Of a stretch of 64,000 nucleotides of DNA, positions 1-14,500 are shown in pieces. The DNA comes from Marsupella aquatica (Eukaryota; Plantae; Marchantiophyta), in assembly GCA_973895155.1 (NCBI GenBank), contig OZ316894.1, positions 20,032,451 to 20,096,450 on the forward strand. The letters are read 5' to 3'. Made by a program: the position numbers and the translations under genes. The notes below the pieces were generated by a model. The model had not been told where the DNA came from, did not search any database, and worked only from the letters and a program-made list of their open reading frames with translations. Position 1 is the stretch's first letter. Each line of letters begins with the position of its first letter.

Positions 1-299
1 CCACGAACAACCAACAGTCAATATTCGGAAGAACAACGGAATTTTACGTCTCACAGGCAGAACGAAACCCTAACTTCGAGGCACAGCTAGAGAGAGTAAC
101 TGCAACTGTGCCGACGACCAGAAAGTTATGATTACCAAAAGAGTCCGCCTGACTTAGCATATTAAGGACACACCAGGCAAATTAACTGGAGGACGGTGAA
201 GTTGTTCAAAAGCATGTAAAGCCAAATGTTTCTTAGAGCTGGAGACGCAATTCGAGCTTATGTGTGCGAACATATCATACAAGAAGGTTACAATCATAC

Positions 300-673
300 G
301 TCTTCACATATCGGTCGTTCACCGGACTTGGCATTTTCAGCCTCGTAACTCCGAGCATCCGCCAGAAGCTGCACGCAAGTATTCAATTCTGGATATTTAG
401 TGTACATCTAGTAGTGTCGAAGTACAGGAATTGACAAGGACTGCTGACTATTGAAGAGAACATTCATATTATGTTTGTACTGTACGTACCGACGTTCGGT
501 CGCCCTCGCTAGCTGCGAGATGCATTGCCGTCCTCGTCTCCATCGTGGTCTTGCGAGTTCGGCACTGTCACCTTTGGGTCGTCGTCGAAGACCTTCTGTA
601 ACAGCCTCCACCTCTTCGTGGCTGACAAAGTGGAGCCGGCCACTCGCAGCTTGCAATTGAGCAAGTGAGCCAC
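300..673 (-). pseudogene. Ankyrin-repeat gene fragment with an apparent frameshift; may continue off the left edge
   Basis: Minus strand reads ...KVFDDDPKVTVPNSQDHDG, then after a frame change (extra GACG) RTAMHLAASEGDRTS, matching the ankyrin consensus N..D.dG.TaLHlAa..G. A GT-AG intron at 369-489 joins an in-frame exon 300-368 (LLADARSYEAENAKSGERPICED) that ends at a GT donor. Candidate acceptor at 674-675. Confidence 0.5.
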
Positions 674-3600
674 CTGGTGTAGAAAATAGACTCGACTGAA
701 GAGAGACAATCCAACGTGAACGAAACAAAAGGTTACCGGCGGCTCAATAAAACTTGTATGGAAAAAAGGCTACCGGCGGGCCCACTTGCATGCTCCTAGA
801 AGCATAATTTGGTGCCCTAGGGTGGCTTTACAAGGACAGTTTGAGTATTTTTTAACCAGAGCTAATGTATGGGCCATGTCCCTGGGCTAAAGGAGAGTAT
901 GGAATGATTTTATGGCCCCTAATGTCTTGTAGAGCCAAGTCTTGTAAAGCCAGGTGCATCAAATGGTGCTAGAATAATTTGCTAGGTGACAAGTTGGAAC
1001 CCCTTTCATCTAAACGTCACATAGTCCTTTGGCCAGTGCTCTTCTTGTTTTGACAAGATAAATTCTCATAAGGTTCATGTGGATCCAATTTTAATGCAAA
1101 AGACTCAAATTAGAAATGGACCAAAGGGCTAGATGAAGAGTGGAAGAGACATCCAATTGGACATTTGTCCACATAAGCAGAATTTGGCCCACTCTATTCC
1201 ATGTAAGATCTACATTCAACAGGTTAGGTTGAAAGTGCCCCCATTGTTTTGTAACACCACACCTGTCCATATAAAAGGCCCCCCTTCCCTGCCTGGCTTA
1301 TTTTGTTTATATCCTGCCAGTAGTGGATAGTGGACATGATAAAAAAAAGTGGAGCTCACCTTAAAGGGTGAATCTCACCCTCATGCAACACTCCTGCCCA
1401 TCCCTCCATTTACAGTGAAAAATAATGTGCAGAATGAGAGCTAAGGGTTACCCATGCTCGTATATGTGTAGTTATGGTTAATGTGAATAGTATCAATATT
1501 TCCTCAGTGGATGGTCCTGATCACATCTTGGAGACCAGAAAAAAAGAGTGCCCTCAAGGCGGGCCTCAAGGTCTAGAAAAGCCACCCTTAAATAGACATC
1601 CCATTAACCTTTGCTGTACCGCCACAAAATCACTTACAATAACTAAGGTCCGGGCAGGGTTTGAGTCTATTTTCAGCCCTGCTACCTGCATGTTCCAAAA
1701 AGCTTCTCGGTTGCCACTGATCTATCATCACATTCATCACGTTTTGGACGCAGGGTCATAGTCTAGCGAGTAGCCTAGTAACACCCGCCCAAACAGTGGT
1801 TATCCCATAATAGAATCAACATTCTCTCTCCTCTACAATAAAATGAGCTTGCAGCTCTTACTTCATAGTGGCGGCTGTTCCCGACAATAAGTCCGTATAC
1901 TGGCATCTTTCCTTGATTCGCCTCTATATGTTACTGACTGACCTCTCTCGCCCAGTACTGACCGGTACTACCGGTATCGGAGCACCTCGTGGTCTCCCCC
2001 ATTGGAATTTTGAGATTGGAACATTTTTTTCCCGATTTTGTTCGTTGGCAGTTGGAATAAATCTTTGGAGTTTTGTTTGTTGAAGTGTGATGTGCTCTTC
2101 TACCAGCCAGGTAAATTGTCAATTTTGACAATTAACTATTAGAATTAAATTATTCTTGAAAGTAACGAGGGAGATGCCATCAACTGTAAAATAAGAGCAT
2201 GGTGTCACTCATTTGGGCCCTCGCCCTCTATTCTCCCCCAATATCATATTGCAAGATTCCCCTTCGAAGACAAAGGAAGCAATGGAATGTGGTTTAGTAA
2301 ACTTCTTGAATGGGGGAACATACGTCTTTTACCGATTGACTCTAATTTGCCCTTTAAGCCATAATTAAAACCGTGATAATGGGATCTATTACCATATAAT
2401 CCCTCCAGGTATCCAATAGTACATACATACCCTTAAAGTTTGAAATTAACAGAAATACCCCTCAGTCTATATTTTTTGAATGAAGGTCCCTTAGGGAATG
2501 TAAGGCTAATTGTCAATCAGTTTGACGTGACTCCTTTACTCTGGAATCTGCTTTGGTGCAATTTTGTTGCATTTATTACGCCTTCCTCTCAAGAGTGTTA
2601 TCGAGGAGTGGCTAAGGAACAACAGCACACCCTCCCCTGTTTGAGAGGGCAAGTCCCAACAGCTATGTGCTCAGATGGGATCTTCATTCCAATTGTTCAA
2701 TATTCTCTAAATTTGCATGGCATCTATGAAACTGTGCATATCTAAACACTGAAGCAATATGCAATCCCACACTTTTGTGCCAATGGTCTATTTATAAAAT
2801 GTCATTCTGGCAGAAAGCCTCCCTAATTATTTTATATGTTTTAATTTCTTAATCATGAGTTGGACCTAACAGTGCTACTATGCACCTCTCTGCACTCAAT
2901 AACTGACCGCTCTCTTTGCAACTCATACACTCCTTTAAATCCAGTTATCAAGTAAACTTTGCTTACCCCCTAGAGTGTCCAATTATCTAACCATCTCATT
3001 TATGTCTGCCCCTTTTGCTCAATATCACTCCTTATTGAAACAACGTGTATTGCACAGCACAGGCGTAGAGCTACAGTAACTACCAGGATAATATAGATAA
3101 AGAGGACAACTTGAAGGTATACTTTCATACCAAGAGCGTGCTACGATCTCATTCAAGTGTAAGAGTTTCGATGGAGATCCCATGGGAGCTTTTACAGCTC
3201 CTGCCACGTCCTTACAGTAGAATTACTGGATCTACCGCGGTAAACAACACGGAAGTTACACAACAGGTCATCCCGACAGTGAATAATTTGGCTTTCAAAC
3301 CACCACGTGTCAAATGCCTTTGCAGCTCCTTCGCGGTCCCGCCTTCTGCCTTCACTATTCGAAATTTTTGAAAATCTCTCCAGGTAGTCAGGAGTTTCAC
3401 CAAGCACCACCAACAAGCATTCGAACACGAAGCCGCTGAATAGAAACCTTTCGCAGGCATACCTCACAAGTCGGAACTCACTCCATCCACGAGCTCGTTG
3501 TGCTCGCGACCGAGACATGGAAGTTGCGGAGTGGCAAAGCTCATATAAAAATTGATTCGAGGAGTCGCAAAGCTCATGTCAAATTTGGTTCGACTGAGAT

Positions 3601-4151
3601 CTCCGAATCAAATTAGGTTTGATTGGGCTTACCAAGGCATGAAAGGTTCCTACCGTAGTCGGAATGGTCGGCTTTTAGTGAGCAGTGAGATCGACCATTG
3701 GCCTGCGAACGACTGCGTCGATGTTCATGGAGCTCTGGAACTACCGGCGGTGATGTGAGATTATAGGACGGGCGGGCTGGAGATGTGGATGGGAGCTCTC
3801 AAGTTTAGGGTTCCACCGGACTGCACCTCGAGAATGCTAGTTCATGAATTTCAACCTCCCATCCATGCCGGAGAGCAGGTATGATGGAACACCTATCTCT
3901 GGTCCAGCCAACGAGCTCCTGCAACCTGAACCTGTTTCCGTCTTATTTCCGCAAGGAAAGCTCTGAGTTTGGTACGGGATCCATGTGCCTCTTTCACGCA
4001 ATTGGACTTTAGACTGATGCGTCGCTTTGTTCTGGTCGATTTTATTGTGTTGTTTGGGCACTAGTGCTCCGACTGAGATGTCTGAGAGGACAGAGCAAGG
4101 GGCGAGCAGTAGATCTGCCTTGGGTGGTGCCGCCCGCGGATTTTTAGAAGA

Positions 4152-7100
4152 ATGAAGAAGCAGACTACAGCCTTGAGGCGCAGGAGGTTCGAGCGTATTG
4201 TGGTTTTAGTAGATATCACGGTAGTTCTTCTCCAGCATGAACCTAAGAAGCTATTCGCGGCTCATGTTTTTAATTCCGTGTCTAGGATTCTTAAGGAGTG
4301 CAATGAGCACAGTAAATTCTCGACTCTCTGGGGGTACAAGTTTTTCGACCCCTTTCACTATCCGGTGGCATCCAGGTCAAAAATTGGTGAGTATCTGGGA
4401 GGAGCACCACTGTCGGAGCAATTCGATGCCTCCGCTCCTAATTTGGAGAAATTTGGAAAAGTTTTAGACTTAATAGTGAACAGTCATAGACAATACACTT
4501 CTGGAGGGAGCCGAGGGGACTATGTTGCTCGTACGATCAATGAAGTCATTTGTAGCTTCACATGGGACCCTCTTCTTGCAAGCGACAGCTCTTGCTCAGA
4601 CGAGGAACTACTAGCATCGAAGGAGCGGCAAACGGGAGACGGTGCAAAGCGTGATTCGAATGCTATCATCTTGTTCTCCTCCGTCCCAACGACTTGGACA
4701 GGCGCTAAATGCTTCTTCAACTCACCTGAGCTTGTAGGAGATGTTCCGCCTGATCCCTCTGCGCAGGGCCTTCTTGCTAAAAGCTTTCGTACTGTTCGGG
4801 AAGCTCTCAAAAGCAGGAACATCCAGGTGTGTTTTGTCGATGTCCCTATGCACCAAGGCTTGTGGAGTGACGAGAGGTTAGACACGGTGTTGAAACCTAC
4901 AGCAGCCAGAAACCTAATCTTGAAGAGCCTTTCTGATTTAGTCCGGACTGTGATTGCTTTAGATTTGCTGGTAGTTAGCCCAGCTCTGCTGCCTTGTAAC
5001 CTTGTCTGGAATACGGTGGCTGATCTGGGAATCGAGAAGTCTAGCAAAAAGAACTACGCACGCATTCTGTGTCAGGGCACCACGCTTTTGTGTGAGGTTC
5101 AATTGCAACCTTTCAATGTAGTGCATACTCCCTCCACTAGTAGAGGAACGTCAGTCCCGACGACGAAGCTTCTTCCTGCTACTGATAAGCTGGACATCAT
5201 TCTGGAATCTGTGCAACCGAAGAGTGCTCTCAACATGAAACTTTCTTCGGAACGGTTTCTTATGCGCCAGAGCGCTCGTCCCAAAGCGTCGTTACTAGGC
5301 CAGGATTATAACTCTTTTGGAGATAAGGTCTTGCAGCTACTTGATCAAACCGCATTCCGGCCAGGAAAGCCAGAGTGGCAGCTCCTGCTTCTAACCTTGG
5401 CATGCAAAAGGTTCGTTTGCGAGGTCAGCCTTATTCATGAGGACAGCCACTCTCTCAGGGCAGTTCTTGAACCTTTCACCTCTCAGTGTGCCATACTTAC
5501 TGTGTTTGAGAGGGAAAGCATACCAACAAAGACAGACAGAGCGCCTACCATGAAAACAGACTCCACGAAGGAGTCGGTGCCTGACCAGGGTGTGAATACG
5601 ATGAAAAGGCGAAAAGATGCCGCGCATTATGCCAAACACGAAGGCGTGATAATCATTCCGTCACGAAAGAGACGCAAAGTAGCAGCAAGCCATGAGGCAA
5701 TGATCAACTGGCAGGAGTATTGGGAAAGAGAAGGAACAACCTCAGCTTTGACAGGGTTTACATCAGATTATGGCACTGCACTGAGCAGATACATCGAAGG
5801 TGGCAGTGCTTCTCAACCGCTGCAAATCTTGGACAGCTTCTTCAAGGAAAGGCCCCAGCCAAATAGAGTAATTGACTTAGTAGGTCCTCTGGCTGTAGTG
5901 GACGTAGGCGTGGAGCCTTCTGCAGACCAAGCTTGTGCTCCTGCCTCACATCCAGATATTAATGATGCTGTGGTACATCTTGGCATAACATCTCGACAAA
6001 ATGCCGAAGCAATAGGGTTAGACTTTGTACAATTGCAAGAAGTCAGCCAAATACTGGCAGTGGGTCACGCCAAAGTGCAGGACGACAGTAACGCGGTCGT
6101 CGATGTAGATACTACAGCACAAGAGGCTAATCGCAACCCCTCCACCGCTTGCCAGATGACCTCGGAAGAAGCTAAGGGGTACATTGCCTCTGTTGGACAA
6201 AAAGTAGAAGAATATCTTACATCCACAGATGTCCACAGCCGGAGGTTTGCAGGAATGCTTGTTGCAGAGTCCTACAGGAGTTTGTCTGTTCTTATCAGGC
6301 AAACCGAAGATGACCAGCAAAGATCTGACTCAGGGGAACCTGCTCAACTAGATTTGAATAGAAAAATCTTCGTGAAATTGAAGAAGCTGCTGCTGAAAAG
6401 TCACAAGGGACTTCTAGCCAAGTACAAGAACTGTGTGGGATCTCCTTCTGGAGCTACCGGCGGTGCGAGTGTGGACGACAAAGTCAAAGAGTATCCTCCA
6501 GCCAACTTGTGGATTTTTATTTAAAGTCATTATTTCTTTGCCTACTAACAGCAACGAATTCATTTTTGGTGGAATACCTGGCTAATTATGGAGAGGTCTT
6601 CCTGGTGGAAATTTGATGACCTCGTCACTTAGGCAAAGTAGAAATAAAGTCTTTGCAAAAGAGAAATTTAGTGGCTGGATGCTTCACGCAAAGGTAATTT
6701 TGGTGGCTTAATACTTCATGTTAGCTTCTACAATTCCTCGAACGTTGATTTTTATGCCTTCACCTTCACAACAGATATGAGCTTCAAATTCTACTTCGCT
6801 TGGAGATGATATCGTTCGATGAAGGTGTATTGCTTGAGCAGACTGCGAAGGACCTGCTCGTGAAGGACATTTGCAAGCTGCTGGACAGCATTCAGTTTCA
6901 CCTAGATGGCGGAATATTTGGAGGAAAGCTCTTTTTGGACTACTGCGATCGGCTATTGGTTAGGAGGTGCATGTCTGCCTTCTTCTATAACCCTTTCTCA
7001 ATTGCTGGTATTAGCTCAAGCAAGTCCACGGACAATTCCTTGTTCTTCAGTGCACCTGGAAAATTCTCTTGCCTTATTTGCACTGCTTGCATCGTGTGCG

Positions 7101-8253
7101 TAGACATCCTCTTTCAGAATTATCTCTGTTTGCATGAAACAAACGACGAGCTGAAAAAGGCTGGAAATCTGACAGCAGAATTGTCATGCATTGAAGGTAT
7201 AAACGGAAGATTCCAATTACCATCTCAAAAATCTATTCGGAAATGGAGCTGGATGGATACTCTGTACTCCCGCCACCTTGTTCTGCTCAAGAGAGTAACC
7301 AAGGGACATCTATCAAAGCGCCAACACATACTGGAGATTTATTACTTTGTGAAGCTGGCGTATCTCAGGATGGTACATCCTTTTCGGAAAGATTTTCCAG
7401 TGCTACCTGTGGTCCACCATCAGGTATCTCGGGTACAGAATATATTTCTATTACAAACACGAGTCGCGAGGATTCCAAAGGACAGGTACAGTCAGGTATC
7501 TACAATGATTCAAAGAAAAAGCGTTCTTCAAATTTTGGTTATGTCTCCCGCATTGTAATACGAAAGAACAAACCTGGTGTGAGGCACGTATCAGCGCACT
7601 CAAGGCCATGCAAGGGGCGTAGTAGGCCAAATGTTCCTGTCTATGACGATGCTATTCAGGTTGTTTGTCAAACTCCCGCTCCCATGACAGCTCCGAGTTC
7701 CCACAGGTCACACAGGGAACGTGACCTCCCTCGACAAGCGACTTTGGCTCCTCCAAAGGACTTGACTGGATGCTTGCCAAAACATGAGAGAGTGAGGGCA
7801 GAGCAACCTCCTAGTGTTGTGGAGGGGGCTCCAGTTGTTAGAAGAAGGCTGACCTTGCACAATTTCGGCCAGGAAAACGCGACGGGCAGTGGTATTAGTC
7901 TCGATGAAATGGTTGCTGACATTGATAGGACATCTGCTGCAGTTCCCAACCTTTCTGCAGCTTGTCCATCCAAGGTGAGGGTGAATTCATTTGGTCCAGA
8001 AGAGTGCTCAAAATCTGTGCGTTCAGGAGTTCCATCTGGTCGGAAACAAGGCGTCCTCAGCAGTGACCTTTCTTTCTCTGCTTTACTAGAAAGTGTGATA
8101 AATGTGCCTCCACGGACGGCAGTAGGAAACTTGGCATCTCACCGTGGAAGCCATATTTATCACAACAACGATAACGATGATGATGACGATGATGACGATG
8201 AGGATGGGATAATAAGCACGCCTTTCAGGGTACATCCTAGCGGCCATTCATAA
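4152..8253 (+). CDS. TICRR: Treslin/TICRR (Sld3-like DNA replication initiation factor); exons 4152-6490, 6775-6966, 7197-8253
   Basis: N-terminal RIVVLVD...WGYKFFD resembles the Treslin N-terminal motif (WAFKFFDS). The spliced junction gives DKVKEYELQILLRLEM, resembling the Sld3/Treslin-domain motif KVRECQLQVFLRLEM. The second junction gives RRYKRKIPITISKIYSEME. The C-terminus is low-complexity with TP sites and poly-Asp. Confidence 0.8.
6491..6774 (+). other. U12-type (minor spliceosome) GT-AG intron, phase 2
   Basis: Donor GTATCCTC (U12 consensus GTATCCTY). Branch-like TGCCTTCAC/ACCTTCAC lies 5-20 nt before the AG. Removing the intron restores the frame (AAA GA|A TAT GAG). Confidence 0.8.
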
Positions 8254-11216
8254 CCTGCAGTCTACTAGTCAGGCAGATCGTCCCGGTTGCCTCAAGCGGC
8301 ATTGCAAGGTCGTCCGTAATCGGCTTTTAGAGCTTTTCATAGCCACTCCGTTTCCACCTGGTCATTTGCCTTCAGAACTTCTCTGTCCCATCGCTCCTCT
8401 GGGCGACCTCTGATTGACTAGAGTACTTCCATCACCGGAGATTCGACCCCATGTACTCATTGTATGTAAGGTGGCGAACACCCCTCTCATTTCTGGAAGG
8501 AGCACTGCCTGAACGGAGACAATTCCAAGACCTGCCCACCTGATGTAACTCATCGCCAATCTGTGCGGAAGTGTCCTTGCATAAGACTCAGGATTTGAGG
8601 TCCCAAGTTGCCTGTCTGTGCTCAGGCAATGATGTGAGTCCATTGCTGTAACCTCATTATAATCGGTGGCTTGAATGGCTCTCACTTCTGTACCACATTG
8701 CGGTATCATTGAAGGTTCGTTTTTGTAAAGGTCCTATTGGTTTCCTATTTCAAGCTAACCGATACGTTCCATGTGTGGTAATTAATGACCTGAATGCAGT
8801 ACTGTCCAAAGACAAGGTTCTCGTGGAATGAGTCTTTAGAGCATTTTCTCCAAGGTCTGCCCTCTGATAAGATGCAACTCCATGACCAATGTGAGGGACA
8901 GTTGGCATGAACAGTTTTATGCATGTGTCACATCAAAGCTTTGCTCAGATCTTACACTAAAAAGTTTGCTGTGAAACTATGCTACACTGACAGTTTGGGG
9001 TAGCGTTACTCTAGTATCCGCTTCATTCTCTTGATGACAGTTTCTCCTTGTCCTTAATATAGTATCCGGTTCATTAGCTTGATACCCCAGGCGGCAAATC
9101 CTCGCTGACACATGGGGATTCTTGGAAAGCTTTTCATGCAGAAATGAGATGGTTTCCGGTGGGTTTAGATATGATTGTAAACATCTACAACTGAACTGAA
9201 TCGGCACAAGTTCAGCAATTTTTCAATCTAATATGCTCGCTGCCACCATTATGCAAAAGTGTGCATAGTACATTCTCAATCGAGGAAAGTGTTGGAGAGT
9301 GAGTAGGAGAGGTTGGGAAGAAAGACCGAGTTCCAAGTAGGAAGAAAACTGGAGGAGGGAGACAATTGATCGAGACAAGAGGACTTCGCTTCTGGTTGCC
9401 CTTTATTGCCCTGTTTTTAGACAATTCAATTAACTCTTATATTCCATCTCATCCTGGACAATTCAGTATAAATGACCCCGTGATGGGTCGGTCAGTGCCT
9501 AAACTGTGGATGACAACATTTGACCCAAAACCAAGCACTTTCTGACCAGAAAACGACTGTATTACTATTCCAGTCAAAGGGGCTATTTCAGTGAATCCAT
9601 GTGAAATTTCTCTATCCATTGGAGCATCTTGTGAAACCAAGCTGATTATTTCTCAGAAAAAAAAAAACTATCCATGTGTAGCTATGTGTGTGCTCCAGTG
9701 GTTTACTTGATCCCTCCTATGATGGATCCTTGCAGGGCCATTGTGCTGTTGTGGTTTGGAGTGGATTTCTTGATCGTTGACACTTCCTTTCAAAAAAAGA
9801 ATAAGTCAAAAATAAATAGTACACTATGCTGACAAGACAAGGGGTGTGGAGTGAATTTCTTGGTCTAAAAGCCATCCCCATGTTTTGTTTTTGTACTTGG
9901 CAATGCAGTTGGGGAAATGTGGGATAGCCATGGACAGGTTTTTCAGCTACCTAATATTTCAAAAATGAGGGTAATCCAAGTATGGATCCAAGCACCCTAA
10001 GGGTGACTTTACTCATAGGGGGACTACACTAGTGAAATTTTCTCACCAAAGCAAACTGGAGGGCCACTTGTTCTAAAACATAGACTCCATCATACCAAAG
10101 ATCTCTTAAAATGAACTTCAATACATGCTTGGACCACCTTTGGAAGAGTCTTAACTTTTTACAAAATGTAGACACTCTACATGAGCATTAATTGGAATCA
10201 CTACTTGCTGTGTAGGATTGGTAGACACCATACCTAAGAGTTCTTGTATAGCCTGCAGCAGTTTGCCAGCCAAGAGAGGAATCCAAAAGTTGGGTTTTCT
10301 GAAAAAGTTGACATAGAAATGAAGGTAGTTGAATCCCAGTGTCACACCATTATGAGTGGTAGTATAGGATATCAGACTATGTAGGTTTGAGGCTTTCATA
10401 TGTGTACGTGTTATCTAAGTGTTTTAGGGTTAGTGTATATTTGTGAAGAATAGTTATATCTCTTTGTGTTGGCTCAAAGGTCTCATCTTTTGATGTTGAG
10501 CCTTTTGAGCACAAACTCTAGCGGCTATGGTGTGGCTGTCTAGGTTGTGTGTACGTAACGTGGATTCCTTGAGGCGCAAGGTGCGTTTGGCTTGACATAA
10601 GTGTGTGATCGCGTCGGGCAGGATTGTGGGTTTTGGACATGTGTAGATAGGAGTTCCACTTGTACTCCATTCTCTTATGTTTGTGATATTGATTGTGACT
10701 ATGCTTAGATGTGTGTGACAAGCGATGTATGTTGTGTAGCGATATGTATGCGCACGACACCAGTCTCCACTAGCCAGGGACTAAATTTGCTAGCAAAGTG
10801 ATGTATATTTAGGGTTCTTCCCTTGTAGGAGAAAATAATGTTGTTGTGGAGATCATGTTTGCTTGTATGGCACTGACCCTCAGAAAATCCCTTCAAGCGT
10901 GCCTGGCCTCTGGCTAATCAAAGACAATGCCCTAGTGAGAGCGTTTTACTAGGCAGTTCTATGTGTAGGGGTGACTGCACATCAAAAAAACACATAGAAA
11001 CTACAACAATTAGTGATATAAAAGAAAATTTGCTCAAACTTGCCACATGAATTTGTTCAACTTGCTAACACTGGCCACATAGCTCATTACCCCCTGCCTG
11101 CTTTTTTGTGTGCCAGGCCACTTCTATCCTAACAAGAAACAAGGAGAGGAGGAGGAATAAATTAAAACAAACCCTACAGTTTACCTGATAAGACAATCAT
11201 TGCCTGCTTGGGTGAC

Positions 11217-11312
11217 ACACCGTAAGTAATAACCAGAAAAACGACTGTACAGGAATGGTCTGTAGACACTCCGTTAGTGATAACCAGAAAAACTACAGTA
11301 CAGGAATGGGTC
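11217..11312. repeat. Two diverged ~55-bp tandem copies upstream of the Rossmann-fold gene
   Basis: cac.ccgt.agt.ataaccagaaaaac...gtacaggaatgg occurs twice. Confidence 0.7.
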
Positions 11313-11543
11313 TTTGGACAGACGACATCACTATTGGACTGGCAAGCGACCCATGTCTCATTGATTAGAACAGGATTGTGAAGCGAAAGATCGAGGCGAG
11401 GAGACAGAAATTACGAGGGAGAAGGGCAGAAGCGAAGAAGCGAAGAAGACCAGGAAGGAGAAGAAACGGGAGGAGCAGAACTGAGGAGAACTGGTCCTGT
11501 AGTAGAGAAGAAGAAACGATAGCAACGAGCAGGGGAGCTTGCC

Positions 11544-14500
11544 ATGGCGATTACAGCCGTCACACCAGTGTTCTCGAGCTGCGGACTGCTATTATCTCCC
11601 AGGAATTCTTTGACTAGCAGCAGCTACATTTCGACCCCGGGCGTCTTGTTGAAGAAGTCAGGAGCAGGGAAAAAGTATGGGTACGGGACATCAGAAGCAT
11701 CCCGAATCTCTCGACAGAGTCACAGCTGGTGGGTTTTTTTTCCCAGTTTCTAGTGCTCCGCTTACTTGGGTACTCTGCAAGTCCCATTTGCTTTGGAGTT
11801 GGAATTCAATTATGGTGTCCGTCATCGTCTCTAGAGGACTGGGGTGGGAACAACGCACAATGGAATAGTTCATGATTTTTGGAAAATCGTGAATGGCTCA
11901 ATCTTTGGAACATTTCCTGGAAAAATCTTCAGATTGCGACTTTGGCTCCAGTAAGATTCAATTCGGCAAGCTCGGTGATGACTATGGTCAAATCCACGTC
12001 TAGATCATGCTGTTTCACTCAAAGTGCATAAGTTAACCTCCATTTTGTGTGTTTATCTTGTACGTTATAGAAATGGCTGTCCCAGAGAGTAAGTGGGGTG
12101 AAGGACATTCTTTGCATGTGTGGTGAAGGGTTTGGGGGAGTACGTTCCATTTCTAATTTCTTTCAATCAAATGCATACAGTTGGTCTGATATTGTGATTA
12201 AATATGTAGAGGTCTTTTGTCTGATGTCTTAGTGTATTGACAGGAGACAGGTAAGTGCCTCGTACTCAGGTGTTGGGACTGACCTCGGCTCAGCTCCCAT
12301 TGACGTGGCGGCTGTAGTGAGGAGTCAAAGGGTACGGCTGCCTTCTACTAGCCTTCTTTTTTTCACTTTAGTTTTGTTAATTCCCTCTTTCATTCTAGAA
12401 AACTTGGAGAGTTGAGGTGTTCAGGATTCTACTCACCAAATTATAGCCTCTCAGAGCAGTCAAAAATGAGAAAGAATTGAAAAACTCGGTCATAAAAGGA
12501 CATGGGGCTGTACGCGGGAGCACAAATGGAAGTCCAGGTGGGAACTTATGGGGAAATGCCAGGTCTGGGATGATGTCAGGAATGGCGATTGATTCGCATG
12601 TTTTTAGAATAGGCGTGAGAGTAAAGTCTTCCGAGGATGGGACCCTATATTATGGGGTAATCCTTGCCTTACTACATATTAATTGATATAAAGTGCAGGT
12701 TGTGATTTTGGGCGGAAATGGATTCGTGGGCTCTGCAGTAGCAAAGGCAGCCATTAAGCAAGATATGGAAGTTGTCAGCCTTAGCCGGTCAGTACTCATG
12801 TGCAACTGGCAACTCAGGTTTTGGCAGTCAGTGCATCTGGTTTGTTGAAGTTCGACTTTGCTGGATAGCTTACGAGGCTCATGATCCTTGCAAAGGCGTC
12901 ACCTTAGAATCTGGTCGCAAACTAATATATCAAGGCTAGACCTCATGATTGAATATGGCGTCAAAACGGAATTTTAAAACTATCATATTCCCATATACCT
13001 GCTTCTGTGGGCTCATTGTTGGTTCTAGCAATCTCGTATAGAACCCTTAAGAGAAGATTTGTTCATGTGTGGAGTTGTTCATCCAGTCATAGGGTTTAAT
13101 ATTCATGGTATTAGCTTGAGCACACAGAGGTCATATGACAGTCTTCAAGGAAATTTCTTGACCTTGTGGATCCAGGTCAGGTCGCCCCTCAGGAGTTGCG
13201 TCTTGGATCGACAAGGTTGTATGGATTGCAGGCAAGCTATTCTATTCATTAAGTATTCTATTCATGAATTCTTAGGAATGAGCCTCAACGGCTGACTTTT
13301 CTGAGATGCACCGTGAGTTAGGATTTACTGTAAACAAATTTTTAACATTAACTTGCAATTCTGCTGCTTTTTCTGATTGCTCGATTGAAGGTGGAATGAA
13401 TTTGACAAGCCTGGGTCCTCCTCTAATCCTTGATTCTCTTCCTTTTGAAGTACTGTATTGTGTGCTTAACGCATTCTGGGCGACCAGAACGACCGTGTTA
13501 TCCAAAGGATGATAGACAGTCCTATGCAAGCACCACATCATTCTCCCAGAGAATCTATCATTGACAAAATGTGCAAATACTTCCAAAATTAAAAGAAATG
13601 TCAATGCAGGCGACGTGTTCTCTACCGACTGGGATATGGTGCTCAATGGGGCAACGGCAGTGGTTTCAACTTTGGGAGGATTTGGCACAAATGAACAAAT
13701 GGAGAAGCTGAATGGCGATGCAAATGTCATTGCTGTCAAGGCTGCCAGCGAAGCAGGTAACATGATATTGCGAGTAAAGTCTTTGCTCTGTAACCCGTTA
13801 AAGATTTAAAGGCTTTCTATAAAAAGCAATTCCTTTCACTCTTAGTTTGTGCATTTTGCGGGTAGAGCAGTTGCAGGAAGTTCTAGTTTCTCCTATAAAC
13901 CAAGCTCTTCAAAACAAGTCAAGCACAGTCATCAATAAAGGGTCTGAACAACTACTTTATCTTCAAAGTCCGAGATTGGACTACAGTCAGTTCAGCAAAT
14001 AATCTGAAATTTGGAAAATAACCTGAGTTTTGCAGATGGGTCTTCCCCGTTCAAGCTTTTCTTCGAATATCTACAAGTTGCATATATGCAGTACTTTATA
14101 AGCTCCTCTGATGGTCTAATCAGTTTTATGATGTGTTACGTCAGGCATCAAGAAGTTCATCCTTGTATCAGTCCATGATTACAATCTACCAGAGTTTGCT
14201 CTACAGATTGGCTACTTCACTGGCAAGAGAAAAGCAGAAAAAGAAGTTTTGTTAAAATTTCCAGAATCGGGTAAGTACTTGATGCATCTCATAATTAGTT
14301 TTGAAAGGCTCATAAGTCTTAACACAGCTGAAGCATTATGTCGACCTTAACTAAATAGCTTAAAGTGTAGTGGGACTTGGTGATTGATTTAGAGTACAAC
14401 AGGACGACAAAGTACAATTGAGTAACAAATATCGATGTGAAATGGAAACCAGAGTAGATTTATTGCCACAAAGGGGTAGACCTGACTGCACAAAACTATT

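Noticed and set aside
3025-3518. Minus-strand ORFs upstream of TICRR as 5' exons of the ankyrin gene
   Set aside because: No recognisable motif and no consistent splice path could be built.
6800-7558. 252-aa ORF as a separate gene
   Set aside because: Only 6775-6966 is a TICRR exon; the rest is intron read-through and an out-of-frame overlap with the last exon.
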